From Candidatus Njordarchaeota archaeon (GTDB lineage Archaea; Asgardarchaeota; Njordarchaeia; Njordarchaeales; Njordarchaeaceae): a stretch of DNA of 37,646 bases. How positions within the stretch are numbered: position 1 is the first letter of the stretch; each line of letters opens with the position of its first letter. Made by a program: the position numbers and the translations under genes. The stretch spans positions 1 to 37,646 of the forward strand of contig JAHQWF010000004.1 of assembly GCA_029856055.1 (NCBI GenBank). Direction: 5' to 3'. The notes under the pieces are model-generated. The model was not told where the DNA came from. It made no database searches and saw only the letters and a list, made by a program, of their open reading frames with translations. Below are positions 24,832-34,045 of the stretch, piece after piece.

Positions 24832-27054
24832 TTGGTGATAGGTTTGTCATCATTTTTAGATAGAGCAAAAGATGCTTTGAGTGTATTAAAAATACCTAAA
24901 GAAAGCATTTTTCATTATTTTGCTCTTTTTGGAATATTACTAATAGCCTTCTTAATTCGAGCTTACCCAATTATAGGTTACGGTTATTCTTTAAGAGCAT
25001 ATGACACTTTCATCCAGTATTTAGCCACACTAATAGTCGAGAAAAAAGGCCTATATTACTTCCTTACAGCAGTGGACTATAATACTTGGTACCCCTGGGG
25101 GCGCTCATGGACAGCTCTGTATATAGGGATCCCCTTAACCGCATCTATTCTGCATAGATTACTTCTCTTCTTGGGAATTAATGTTGATTTAATAGTTATA
25201 GCCGCGTCCATGCCACCTTTGTTTGGTACACTAGCTGTGCTAAGCGTATACGGTGTGGCTACAGAGATTAAAAGCAAGAGAGCTGGATTATTCGCTGCGT
25301 TCTTAGCAGCAATTAGCGCAGGGATGATTCAGAGGACTATAGCTGGATTCTTCGATAATGAATCTGTTGGTATTTTCCTGATTATCTTCTCGATATATCT
25401 ATTTATATTAGCGAGCAAACGCGGATCAGTTATATATGCTTTACTAGATGGATTATTCTTAGGCTACTTAGGGTGGACTTGGGGTATTTATAGGTATGTA
25501 TTTGGCTTATTAGCCCTATATGTTTTCGTTCTATTGGTTTCCCGTAAATTAGATAGAAACGTAGCGCAGACATATATTCTGGCCGCTGGATGGGGAATAA
25601 GCATAACAGCTATTCTTCCACGAAACTATGGAATAGTCATGTCCATAGAGGGAATACTTGTTCTTAGTGTATTATTCCTAGTCATCATTCGGGAAATAGC
25701 GGCTTACTTAAGTACAGTGCTTGCAGGAGGCGCTAGAGATGCATACATTGCAATCTCGATAGGCGGCGGAATTCTCACTATAATTGGCATAGCAGTTCTC
25801 TATGCAACAGGACAGTTAGCTCCATTAGGTGCTAAATTCGCAAGCGTCATTAATCCTGCCTTAAGAACAGCGCTTCCTACATTTAGTAGCGTTAGTGAAA
25901 ACCAGCCGGCTGCATGGGGTGTTATTTTTCTAGGAGCGTTCGCAACACTACTGTTTGCACCACTAGGTCTGTACTATTCGCTAGAACAGCGAGATATAGC
26001 TCAGATATTCCTCATAGTTATGGTTCTTACGGGATTCTATTTCTCAGCAAGTATTTCGCGATACATTGCTTTAGGTGCACCACTATTAGCCATTGGTGCT
26101 GGTGTCGGTATAGATTACTTGCTAGATCCATTTGCTCGGGTTATGAGGGGGGAGTGGATTGTACATAGAATAAAACCCGTAAGGGCGAGATTAGGTGAAG
26201 CTACTTTACCAAGGGGCGAGGCTTTTGCAACCTACTTATTGATCGCTTTAATACTATCATTAAGTGTACATAATGCCGTATTAAGCGTGACTTCAGCTAG
26301 ATTCGGTGGAGGTAAATATGATATTGATGAGACAGAATTAGCGATATTCAATTACTTGAGAACACATGCATCACCTACCGATATAGTTCTCTCATGGTGG
26401 GACTATGGATACAGATTACGGGTCTACGGTAACGTAACCGTACTGGTTGATAATGGCACAGGTAACTCTACTCAAATGGGCGTTGTTGGATCCATGTTTA
26501 TGTTACCAGAGGAAAAATCGATTAGTTTAATAAAGAACTATAACGTGAAATATGTCGTTGTATATGGAGTAGATCTATTTAAAGCTATTTGGATGATTAG
26601 AATTGCCGAGAAACATGCACCTATGTATAATATTACGGAGAAAGATTACTTTAATAAGGATAAAGGGCGCTATAAGGAACCCTTCTTCAATAGCCTTCTA
26701 TGGAAATTAATAGCATACAAAGAAGATGACAGACAGGTCACAGGATGGATTCAGCAAATCGGGGAAGAAGAGATAAGTAAAGATCCTACTAAATACATAC
26801 CTCGTTCATTAATCTACTTTGAACCAGTATTATTCTCAAAACGTAGTGGTAGTCTAGTTAAATTGTATAGGGTTATATATAGAACAAATAATGTGCCTCC
26901 AAAATCACCAGTAAGCAATAAAACTAGTACCGCTTCATTAATTTTGAGGGAAAACGAACCTACTTCATTGCTTTCTTTTTCAAAAATAACATTAATTCAT
27001 GCGCCTTACAAACCGATTTTGCCGATGGAAAACCGCAAATACTACATTTATTAA
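24832..27054 (+). CDS. aglB: archaeal oligosaccharyltransferase AglB (STT3 family)
   Basis: 740 aa with about 13 TM helices and then a soluble domain. It carries the WWDYGY motif (LSWWDYGYRL) and an N-terminal acidic loop (FFDNESVG). The start is TTG 24832 or GTG 24835. Confidence 0.9.
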   Translation: MVIGLSSFLDRAKDALSVLKIPKESIFHYFALFGILLIAFLIRAYPIIGYGYSLRAYDTFIQYLATLIVEKKGLYYFLTAVDYNTWYPWGRSWTALYIGIPLTASILHRLLLFLGINVDLIVIAASMPPLFGTLAVLSVYGVATEIKSKRAGLFAAFLAAISAGMIQRTIAGFFDNESVGIFLIIFSIYLFILASKRGSVIYALLDGLFLGYLGWTWGIYRYVFGLLALYVFVLLVSRKLDRNVAQTYILAAGWGISITAILPRNYGIVMSIEGILVLSVLFLVIIREIAAYLSTVLAGGARDAYIAISIGGGILTIIGIAVLYATGQLAPLGAKFASVINPALRTALPTFSSVSENQPAAWGVIFLGAFATLLFAPLGLYYSLEQRDIAQIFLIVMVLTGFYFSASISRYIALGAPLLAIGAGVGIDYLLDPFARVMRGEWIVHRIKPVRARLGEATLPRGEAFATYLLIALILSLSVHNAVLSVTSARFGGGKYDIDETELAIFNYLRTHASPTDIVLSWWDYGYRLRVYGNVTVLVDNGTGNSTQMGVVGSMFMLPEEKSISLIKNYNVKYVVVYGVDLFKAIWMIRIAEKHAPMYNITEKDYFNKDKGRYKEPFFNSLLWKLIAYKEDDRQVTGWIQQIGEEEISKDPTKYIPRSLIYFEPVLFSKRSGSLVKLYRVIYRTNNVPPKSPVSNKTSTASLILRENEPTSLLSFSKITLIHAPYKPILPMENRKYYIY

Positions 27055-27889
27055 TTCTCTGAATTTCTTTTGCTTTTTCATGAATACAAGTTTGCGTCAC
27101 GATCCTCTCTCCGAATCTCACAATGTTAAATAATGTTCCAGGTCTCTGATCTTCTTGCTCGTAAAGCCATATACGTATATCCCACCGCATCCCCTCCTCT
27201 GCATAAGGGCAGGGTATATCGTTGTAAGGGATATTGTTTAACATCGCATATAGAGCTATCTCTTTTTCATAGAGCTCTCTAAAAGGTTTTATTCTCGGTA
27301 CGATATTATCTACTCTCTCTGGATATGGTTTCAGCTTTAAAATATTTTCTAGGGATCCCTTCAGTATATTCATCAATATAGTTTGGGCTTCATCATCTAA
27401 ACTATGCGCAGTAGCAACTCTATCTGCACCTGCTTTTAGAGCGAGATAATTTATAGCCCATCGCCTCCATACTCCACAGAAAGTACATGGTGCAAATCTC
27501 CGCTCATCAATGGAGATATTAGCTACTTTATCTATGTTATAATCAAATAATTCCCTGTAACTAGTTATGTATAGAGGTAATCCTAGTTCTCTAGACGCGT
27601 TCTTCACTACCTCTAAGTTCTTATCTGAGTACCCCTTTATACCTTCATCTACGTGGATTATATATAGTTCTGACGGAAATTCTCTCTCAATTTTTTCTAA
27701 TATATATAGCAATGACATACTATCTTTTCCGCCCGACACCGCTACAGCTATTTTGCTATCTATTTCAAGCATTCTCCATTTATTTATCGTCTTCTTTACT
27801 TTCTTAATAATATATCTATTGAATTCCTCTATCGAGTAAAAATACCGATTTGCGTCTTTCTTATAATATATAGGTGTTTTGCTTGGCAT
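26960..27889 (-). CDS. PP-loop ATPase of the TtuA/TtcA/Ncs6 tRNA 2-thiolation family
   Basis: 309 aa with a PP-loop (AVAVSGGKDSMSLLYIL), Fe-S ligand context (CTFCGVWRR and DIPCPYA) and a C-terminal zinc knuckle (CSICGFPSAKSVCKAH). No Cys pair is present in the N-terminal 40 aa. Confidence 0.8.
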   Translation of the reverse strand: MPSKTPIYYKKDANRYFYSIEEFNRYIIKKVKKTINKWRMLEIDSKIAVAVSGGKDSMSLLYILEKIEREFPSELYIIHVDEGIKGYSDKNLEVVKNASRELGLPLYITSYRELFDYNIDKVANISIDERRFAPCTFCGVWRRWAINYLALKAGADRVATAHSLDDEAQTILMNILKGSLENILKLKPYPERVDNIVPRIKPFRELYEKEIALYAMLNNIPYNDIPCPYAEEGMRWDIRIWLYEQEDQRPGTLFNIVRFGERIVTQTCIHEKAKEIQRINKCSICGFPSAKSVCKAHELMLFLKKKAMK

Positions 27890-27918
27890 GATTGATTAAC
27901 CACTCATCCAAGTAAATT

Positions 27919-28278
27919 CTATGAATATTCTCTCCAGGTATAACCACATTTTTCACATCTATAGATTCTTGTTGGAGGTTCGTCTGCCGCTCTAGTTTGC
28001 ATAATTACTACATATGCTTTAGAATGCCCGCACTTTGGGCATATTTTATCTACTAGTACACCTTTAGGCCTCAGCTTTGATTCATCTATTACCTCGTTAG
28101 TCACTCTTCTTTTCTCAATGTTTACGGCTAATGCCACAGCCTTAAATTTCGAGGGATTATTGTCCTCGATTACTACTTCCTTCTCCCAACCGCAAATAGG
28201 GCAAATATAAGTGACTTTTCCTTTCCTATTCTTCTTTACTTGCATTATTGCACCGCACTTCTCACAAAATTCTGGCAT
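27919..28278 (-). CDS. tfs: transcription factor S (TFS, RNA cleavage factor)
   Basis: The start is set at the ATG at 28278, preceded by AGGAG (ORF opens at 28326). It has an N-terminal zinc ribbon (FCEKCGAIM...YICPICGW) and a C-terminal zinc ribbon (CPKCGHSKAYVVIMQTRAADEPPTRIYRCEKCGYTW) with an intact acidic DE tip. Confidence 0.88.
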   Translation of the reverse strand: MPEFCEKCGAIMQVKKNRKGKVTYICPICGWEKEVVIEDNNPSKFKAVALAVNIEKRRVTNEVIDESKLRPKGVLVDKICPKCGHSKAYVVIMQTRAADEPPTRIYRCEKCGYTWREYS

Positions 28279-28331
28279 CTTTATTCTCCTCGTGACCTTT
28301 TCAGCAAAATTAGCGCTTTCAGTCATTAATC

Positions 28332-29441
28332 TTATGAATCTAAATTATCCAAAATCTTCTCAAAATAAGATTGATACTCTAACATTATGCTTTCTTCGAT
28401 ATTTAAATAATTGGTGATTATCTCTTTGCGGATTTTATTTTGCTGGATAAGATCAATGTTGTTACCGGCTAGTATTAGGGGGACGGTGAGTGAGGGCCAG
28501 GTTGCCTTGAATACATCATGTAACTCATTGTATAAGTTATTATAGTGATTCAGCCCCACACCATTTATTATTAATACCTTATTGTGATTCTCCACATGTT
28601 TTTTTAGAAGTTCGATTAACAAACCAATTAATAGAATCTCCGTGTTCTCGCTTTCGGATTTTTCACTTAATTTTTCCAATAGAGATTTACGTTTTGAGTG
28701 ATCACTAATATCTATCTGAAGTAAATTGCTTGTAAAGCTTTTTGGAATTTTATTTATAGCTGAAGGGCACACTAAAGTGATGTTAGGTAATAACTTACTT
28801 ATTACTAAGTCACCTATTTCTCCTGAGGCAACTAGATATATTTTATTAGTGTTCTCAGACAGTATCTCGTACGCTTTCTTAATATTGCTTATGAACACTT
28901 CTATAGCTTTGAGTTTATCTACGGTTTTGATGCTAGTAGACAATCTTACTGTACTTAACTTCAATGTCTCTTGGGACACATTTATTACGTTCTTATCTGT
29001 TATCTCACGGGGCATATAACCGATCTTCAGTATCCATTCCTTTCTTGTAGTTACAATAAAACCGTCTGGAAGTCTTGAATAATAAATTGGATGGTAATTG
29101 ATGGGATCTCTTATGATGGTGATCTCTGTTTTCCCTACAGAACCTTTCAAAAAAGGTATTGGTAAGGTATTTTCATTTTCAATGATTTTATTTCTTAGAG
29201 ATTCCTCACATACAAAAAACTCACTATTTATCTTACTTAACCAGGAAAACTTATCAGCTACAACTAAGGTTTCTATATCCTCACTCTTTCTTTTTAACTC
29301 CCTCATACCCGAAATAACAATTATCTCGTTAGGTATTCTGAAATTTCTTAAATATTGCCAAGGATCCTCACATATAAAGAAAAGGATAAATTGTCGATCT
29401 CTATAGCCCTCGTAGAAACTATCTGGATTCCATCGCATCAT
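28332..29441 (-). CDS. asparagine-synthase-like protein with degenerate catalytic motifs (putative pseudoenzyme)
   Basis: 369 aa. IIRDPINYHPIYYSRLPDGFIVTTRKEWIL has the same spacing as the AsnB family block RDrlGikPLYY...faSE.kaL. The expected PP-loop SGGxDS reads ASGEIGD, and there is no N-terminal catalytic Cys (MMRWNP). Its ATG overlaps the top6B stop (TAATG). Confidence 0.45.
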   Translation of the reverse strand: MMRWNPDSFYEGYRDRQFILFFICEDPWQYLRNFRIPNEIIVISGMRELKRKSEDIETLVVADKFSWLSKINSEFFVCEESLRNKIIENENTLPIPFLKGSVGKTEITIIRDPINYHPIYYSRLPDGFIVTTRKEWILKIGYMPREITDKNVINVSQETLKLSTVRLSTSIKTVDKLKAIEVFISNIKKAYEILSENTNKIYLVASGEIGDLVISKLLPNITLVCPSAINKIPKSFTSNLLQIDISDHSKRKSLLEKLSEKSESENTEILLIGLLIELLKKHVENHNKVLIINGVGLNHYNNLYNELHDVFKATWPSLTVPLILAGNNIDLIQQNKIRKEIITNYLNIEESIMLEYQSYFEKILDNLDS

Positions 29442-31156
29442 TATGTAACTTCCTCTTCTTCACCAACTTTTCTCTTTGCCTCGAATTGAACCCTCTTATC
29501 TATTAAATCAATTAATATCGAGTAAAGATTCTCCTCTAGGACTATTGGATCATCCTTATGTTTACCATCGCTTTTTACGATAGATGATATACTTCTGACG
29601 AGGTTTCCTGCGTACTGCAATAGTAATTGCCTCTTCTTAATCTTTCTCAGCATTTTCTCTTTCCTACTAAGATACTCCCTTAGACGCCTCAGTCCCTCCA
29701 GTAAACCTAACTTTATATTCTTTCTAAGAACATCGACATCATCGATAAAGTCTTTCGATGTTTCGGAGAAAGGTACTTTAGTGCTAACTACCGATACAAA
29801 TATCCCTATAGGATCTTCATCTTTCTTTATTTTATAGCGTCCCCAATCGATGCTCTCAATTACTTTCCAGGCAACATCGCTTTTTTCCTTGTATAGCAAT
29901 GGGACTCTGTTAGCGAAACGATATAGATGGATGCCGGGAGGCATGCTTCCACCATAAGCTATTCCTATTTCCACTATCATAGGGTGTCCTGCATAAGAAA
30001 AGGGTTTTCTTTGCACAACATAAACGAACTCTGGGTTTAGTACCTTCCGTATACCTTCCTCTAAAAGTTTCTTACCTATAGGTGAAAGACAGCTTGGATC
30101 TGGTGAAACTAATTTCATTTTTCTGGCTGTTTCAACTATTGCTGCTATCAACTTATCGTTATTAAGAACATTCTTTAGAGGGGTGTCTGGGGAGATTCCA
30201 ACTACCTTTAGGAAATCTTGGACTAATTTTGGTCCAGTTCTTTGAAACTCTCTCAGTAGAAATGACTTAATAGTTTTCGCTTTCGAGGATTTCATTAAAG
30301 ATGTTAAGATCTGTGTATCGATCCCCTGCAGATGGTATTTAGTTGGCTTAGGTGGTGGGGGCATCTCATTCGTGACTCTTTCATATATATGCAAGTTACC
30401 CTCAGGATCCTCAAAGATAAAGGTTGCATAGGGAGTTATAATTGCCATCTGCTTAAAATATTCCAAGATATACCTCTTAGCACGATTCCAGTCGCCTAGT
30501 ATATAGACTTTAATGATTGTCCCATGATTCAACTTTCTGCCCCATGGGTCTCTGAATCTCTTTTTATCTATTTTTTCTTTCGTTCTTATTATTGGCTCAT
30601 TCTTGTGAAGATCTATTTTGAGAACATAATGCGAAGTAAAATCATCTTCTTTTCTTGCGCTCCAAATCTCAACTGGCGCGTTTGTTTCCTGTATAGCGTA
30701 AATAATAACCATTTTCCCTCCTAAACCAAACCTACCTCTTTGCTGCATTAAAACGTATTTTGTAGAAGATAATACCTTGCCCATTAATATTGGTATCTCA
30801 CTATATGCCATGCCAACTCCATTATCTGCTACGATTAATTCAAATATTTCGGCTGTTACCTCTTCTTCCGCCCCATTTGCTGTCCTCTTGTGATATTTTC
30901 TGTCAACTAATTTTCTTAATCGCGTTTCAATCTCATCTGAAATACCAATAATCTCCCTTAACTCCTTTTTAGTGAGCCTCTTTAATCTCACTCTGATATC
31001 AGGCAATATTCTCATCATTTCTGCTGCATCTAAAGCGTTCTCAACTAGTTCTCGAATAGAAGTGTATAGTGCCTTAGCTGGATTTCCAAAGCCAGCTATG
31101 CTCCTATTGTCAGCAAAAAACTTCGCTGGTGAGATAACTTGAACTGTCTTGCTCAT
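29441..31156 (-). CDS. top6B: DNA topoisomerase VI subunit B
   Basis: 571 aa with Bergerat-fold motifs (ELVENALDAAE, VADNGVGM, RGRFGLGGK), followed by H2TH-like and transducer regions. Confidence 0.9.
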   Translation of the reverse strand: MSKTVQVISPAKFFADNRSIAGFGNPAKALYTSIRELVENALDAAEMMRILPDIRVRLKRLTKKELREIIGISDEIETRLRKLVDRKYHKRTANGAEEEVTAEIFELIVADNGVGMAYSEIPILMGKVLSSTKYVLMQQRGRFGLGGKMVIIYAIQETNAPVEIWSARKEDDFTSHYVLKIDLHKNEPIIRTKEKIDKKRFRDPWGRKLNHGTIIKVYILGDWNRAKRYILEYFKQMAIITPYATFIFEDPEGNLHIYERVTNEMPPPPKPTKYHLQGIDTQILTSLMKSSKAKTIKSFLLREFQRTGPKLVQDFLKVVGISPDTPLKNVLNNDKLIAAIVETARKMKLVSPDPSCLSPIGKKLLEEGIRKVLNPEFVYVVQRKPFSYAGHPMIVEIGIAYGGSMPPGIHLYRFANRVPLLYKEKSDVAWKVIESIDWGRYKIKKDEDPIGIFVSVVSTKVPFSETSKDFIDDVDVLRKNIKLGLLEGLRRLREYLSRKEKMLRKIKKRQLLLQYAGNLVRSISSIVKSDGKHKDDPIVLEENLYSILIDLIDKRVQFEAKRKVGEEEEVT

Positions 31157-31313
31157 CTATATCTCCTCAAGGTTTAAATATAGAGGTACTACTCTACTTA
31201 TCCAATTTTCGAAATTAATACAATAAAATAAGGGTCACTGATCTTAAAAATCATCAAGTATATAACATATTTAGTAAGTAATTTGCTGAAAAACGATAGT
31301 GGGTGATATAGAT

Positions 31314-31598
31314 ATGAGGGCAGAGCTTGTAAGAAAGTTCGAAAACAAGTATTTACATCGCGTTGAGTACGAATTTTTAATAAGCCATGACGCCAAAAGT
31401 ACGCCGTCTAGAAATGAGATTAGAGATCTGATATCTGAGATTTTAAAAGTACCTAAGGATCTAATAGTTGTTAGACGTATACGTACACCTTATGGCCTAA
31501 ATAGATCTATTGTGGAAGTATTTATATATGACTCTAAGGAAAAAATGATTGAAATTGAGCCGCGTCATATACTTAAGAGAAACGGATTAATTGAATAA
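31314..31598 (+). CDS. rps24e: 30S ribosomal protein eS24
   Basis: The ATG at 31314 is preceded by GGTGAT (ORF opens at a GTG at 31299). NKYLHRVEYEFLISHDAKSTPSRNEIRDLISEIL and IEPRHILKRNG fit eS24. Confidence 0.88.
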   Translation: MRAELVRKFENKYLHRVEYEFLISHDAKSTPSRNEIRDLISEILKVPKDLIVVRRIRTPYGLNRSIVEVFIYDSKEKMIEIEPRHILKRNGLIE

Positions 31599-31669
31599 AT
31601 TAAATAAGTATTCAAAATAATAATGTGTTAGATCAAGCATTTTACCTAAAGTGGTGGGAGGTTTAGCAA

Positions 31670-31918
31670 ATGGGTAAGAAGGTTAAAAAGAAACAGAGAA
31701 TTAGAAAGAGAGCGGGAAAGAAGAAGAAACATAAGAAGAAGCCTTATGTAGTAGCGAAGTTTTATAAGATTGAGAATGGAAAGATAGTACGTTCCAGAAA
31801 ATTCTGTCCAGTATGCGGTCCTGGAATATTTCTAGCAGATCATGGAGACAGATTATCTTGTGGGAGATGCGGATATACAGAGTGGAAGAAGGCGCCTGCC
31901 GTGGCTAAGACTTCGTAA
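31670..31918 (+). CDS. rps27ae: 30S ribosomal protein eS31 (S27ae) with polybasic N-terminal extension
   Basis: It has the zinc ribbon [26 protein letters not shown] preceded by [10 protein letters not shown]. About 25 extra N-terminal residues are almost entirely K/R. GGTGGGAGGT lies upstream. Confidence 0.88.
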   Translation: MGKKVKKKQRIRKRAGKKKKHKKKPYVVAKFYKIENGKIVRSRKFCPVCGPGIFLADHGDRLSCGRCGYTEWKKAPAVAKTS

Positions 31919-31971
31919 ATTAATTACTGCTCTATATTTTATCTGCTTTTACGAGAGCGAGGAGAAATTAG

Positions 31972-32718
31972 TTGTATGTCAACAATAGGAGATCTAAGTC
32001 TAGAGACATATTTCGTTTTTTTGGAGACTCTCCGATCACCATTTCTCTGATATTAATTATGATATTCATCTCTTTACTCAGATACATCATTTTCTTCCTC
32101 ATTAGAATAGATATCAATCTATTATTGAGCCTCGTTCCGTCAAGAGTATTGGAGGATGGTGAAATTTGGACTCTACTCACTAATATCTTTTTACATGATG
32201 ATCTAGTTAGGAATCCATTTCACCTAATTGCTAATATGATAGCTTTATTTTATATTGGAAGGTATGTTGAAAGAATGCTAGGTGGCAAGAATTATCTTCT
32301 AGCCTTTATAATTACTGGATTAGGAGGGTCAGTATGCATTGTTTTATCTAATTGGATTTTTCTGCAATTAAATCAAGCAACAAAATATTATTCTCATTAT
32401 CTTGGAGCGTCTGGCGCGATTTTAGGGATTTTTGCTATATTGGCTTTACATAGGCCCAGAATTAGAATTCTTTTCTTTCTATTTATACCACCGTACTTAA
32501 TCATACCTATTCTCGCTCCCCTACAGTGGTCGCTTATAATTCAGTTTTCTCTTGATCTATTTCTCGGCATCATAAACCTACCTTTTGATTACATCGCTCA
32601 CTTTGGACATGTTGGTGGAATGCTAACTAGTTTCATTCTTTATCGTTTGTATTTCCGTAGAAGATTTTATGGAAGGACATATGGATATGTATACTTTTGG
32701 AGAGAAAGTGATGAGTGA
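31972..32718 (+). CDS. rhomboid-family intramembrane serine protease
   Basis: 248 aa with HLIANMIALFYIGRYVERMLG, the catalytic GASGAILGIF and the His motif AHFGHVGG. The TTG start is preceded by GAGGAG. Confidence 0.85.
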   Translation: MYVNNRRSKSRDIFRFFGDSPITISLILIMIFISLLRYIIFFLIRIDINLLLSLVPSRVLEDGEIWTLLTNIFLHDDLVRNPFHLIANMIALFYIGRYVERMLGGKNYLLAFIITGLGGSVCIVLSNWIFLQLNQATKYYSHYLGASGAILGIFAILALHRPRIRILFFLFIPPYLIIPILAPLQWSLIIQFSLDLFLGIINLPFDYIAHFGHVGGMLTSFILYRLYFRRRFYGRTYGYVYFWRESDE

Positions 32719-34022
32719 TGAAACATAAATACGATGTAGTAATTGTGGGAGGAGGACCTGCGGGAGGATACTTATCATATAATCTGGCTAAGGATGGATT
32801 CAATGTTTGTCTGATTGATTCAAACCCGATAGATCGCGTGGGATTCAAAGCTTGCGGTGGAATCTCCTCAGACTATATTCTGAATTATTTAAAGAAGATT
32901 AATTTGAATCAAGAGGCAATAATCGATGATTCGTTTGAAGAGGTAAATATTATAGATACTAAGCTAAATACTCTTGCAAGTATCAAAATTAATCTAGTGC
33001 ACTTAGATAGAGAAGCTATGGGGAAGGAGCTATCTAATGCTCTAAGGAACGAGAACATAAGTATATTAAGCAATTTGAGAGCGATTAAATTACTGATTCG
33101 TAATAGTTCTGTACATGGAGTAAAACTTTCAGATGGCAGTAGTATCGAGACATCTTTAGTTGTGGATGCTAGCGGTTTTAATGGTCTTTTGAGACAACAA
33201 GCATCGCAATACGTTCCTTACTGGCACATAACTAAAAGTGATTTAGTTATAGCTATAATGGAGATTTTGAAAGGTGCACAGCCATTTAGAACATTCACTC
33301 TAACTATTGATAAAAGTCTGATTCCAGGAGGCTATGGATGGATAACACCTAGCCAAAATAAAAGTGCTATTGGCCTGGGTTTAAAGTTGGACGTAAAGAA
33401 CGTCTCTTTAAGATACCGTTTACTACTACTAAAAAGAATAGTGCTCGCTAAAGGAGAAAAAAAGAGATCGTTAATTGGGTTGATATATGCGAGAAGACCG
33501 TTCCCAACCCTTGTCTATAATGGCTATGCCTTGGTTGGAGAAGCCGGATCACAAGGTAACCCATTATTTGGAGGCGGTATACTAGGAGCATTTATTGGAT
33601 CTGATATAGCGTTCAAGTCGCTGAGAAAGAGCTTAGAGTCTAATGATGAGCACCCAGTATCGATTGATTCGCTTTGGAGATATAATTTTGAATTCATGCA
33701 CCAGCGTGGTAAGTTCCTTGCTACGTTAGATGCCTTAAGGATGTTTGCTCAAAGCTTGTCTGAAGACGAGATGAAAGAGTTCATATCTCATTTGCCCAGT
33801 AAATTAACTTTTGATTTGAAAGATATCGTTAAGATAGGTGTTAAAGCGATAAAGATGATATCTAAATCCCGTATTTTTTGGCGCATTTTCGATATGTATC
33901 GAGCGAATCTCGAGATACAGAAACTATATAGCAAGTATCCAAAGCGACCACAAGATTTCGAAGAATGGGTAAAAAAGGATTTAGAGATATTTGAATCTCT
34001 GAGAAATAAATTACTAAAATAA
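32718..34022 (+). CDS. geranylgeranyl reductase family flavoprotein
   Basis: It has an FAD fold (DVVIVGGGPAGGYLSYNLAKDGFNVCLID) and the second motif LVGEAGSQGNPLFGGGI. The start overlaps the rhomboid stop (GTG 32715 or ATG 32718). Confidence 0.8.
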   Translation: MKHKYDVVIVGGGPAGGYLSYNLAKDGFNVCLIDSNPIDRVGFKACGGISSDYILNYLKKINLNQEAIIDDSFEEVNIIDTKLNTLASIKINLVHLDREAMGKELSNALRNENISILSNLRAIKLLIRNSSVHGVKLSDGSSIETSLVVDASGFNGLLRQQASQYVPYWHITKSDLVIAIMEILKGAQPFRTFTLTIDKSLIPGGYGWITPSQNKSAIGLGLKLDVKNVSLRYRLLLLKRIVLAKGEKKRSLIGLIYARRPFPTLVYNGYALVGEAGSQGNPLFGGGILGAFIGSDIAFKSLRKSLESNDEHPVSIDSLWRYNFEFMHQRGKFLATLDALRMFAQSLSEDEMKEFISHLPSKLTFDLKDIVKIGVKAIKMISKSRIFWRIFDMYRANLEIQKLYSKYPKRPQDFEEWVKKDLEIFESLRNKLLK

Positions 34023-34045
34023 AAATAAAAAAGAGTTATATGACA
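34023..34045 (-). terminator. oligo-T tract downstream of rpoA
   Basis: The minus strand reads TGTCATATAACTCTTTTTTATTT immediately after the rpoA stop. Confidence 0.35.

Noticed and set aside
24832-27054. aglB looked compositionally GC-rich (about 45-48% in sampled 60-nt blocks) and is flanked by a long AT-rich spacer, which suggested horizontal acquisition.
   Set aside because: Sampled blocks of rpoA, rps7 and argF are similarly or more GC-rich (about 40-53%). The contrast is therefore between conserved and lineage-specific genes in general and is not specific to aglB.
28332-29441. I considered that the 369-aa ORF after top6B is simply a divergent Top6A/Spo11, because its size and position fit.
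   Set aside because: The IYY motif sits in an RDxxxxxPxYY block with AsnB-family spacing rather than RDIYY. No Toprim Glu / DxD pattern is visible, and a PP-loop remnant sits at the AsnB-appropriate distance. This still needs a profile search.
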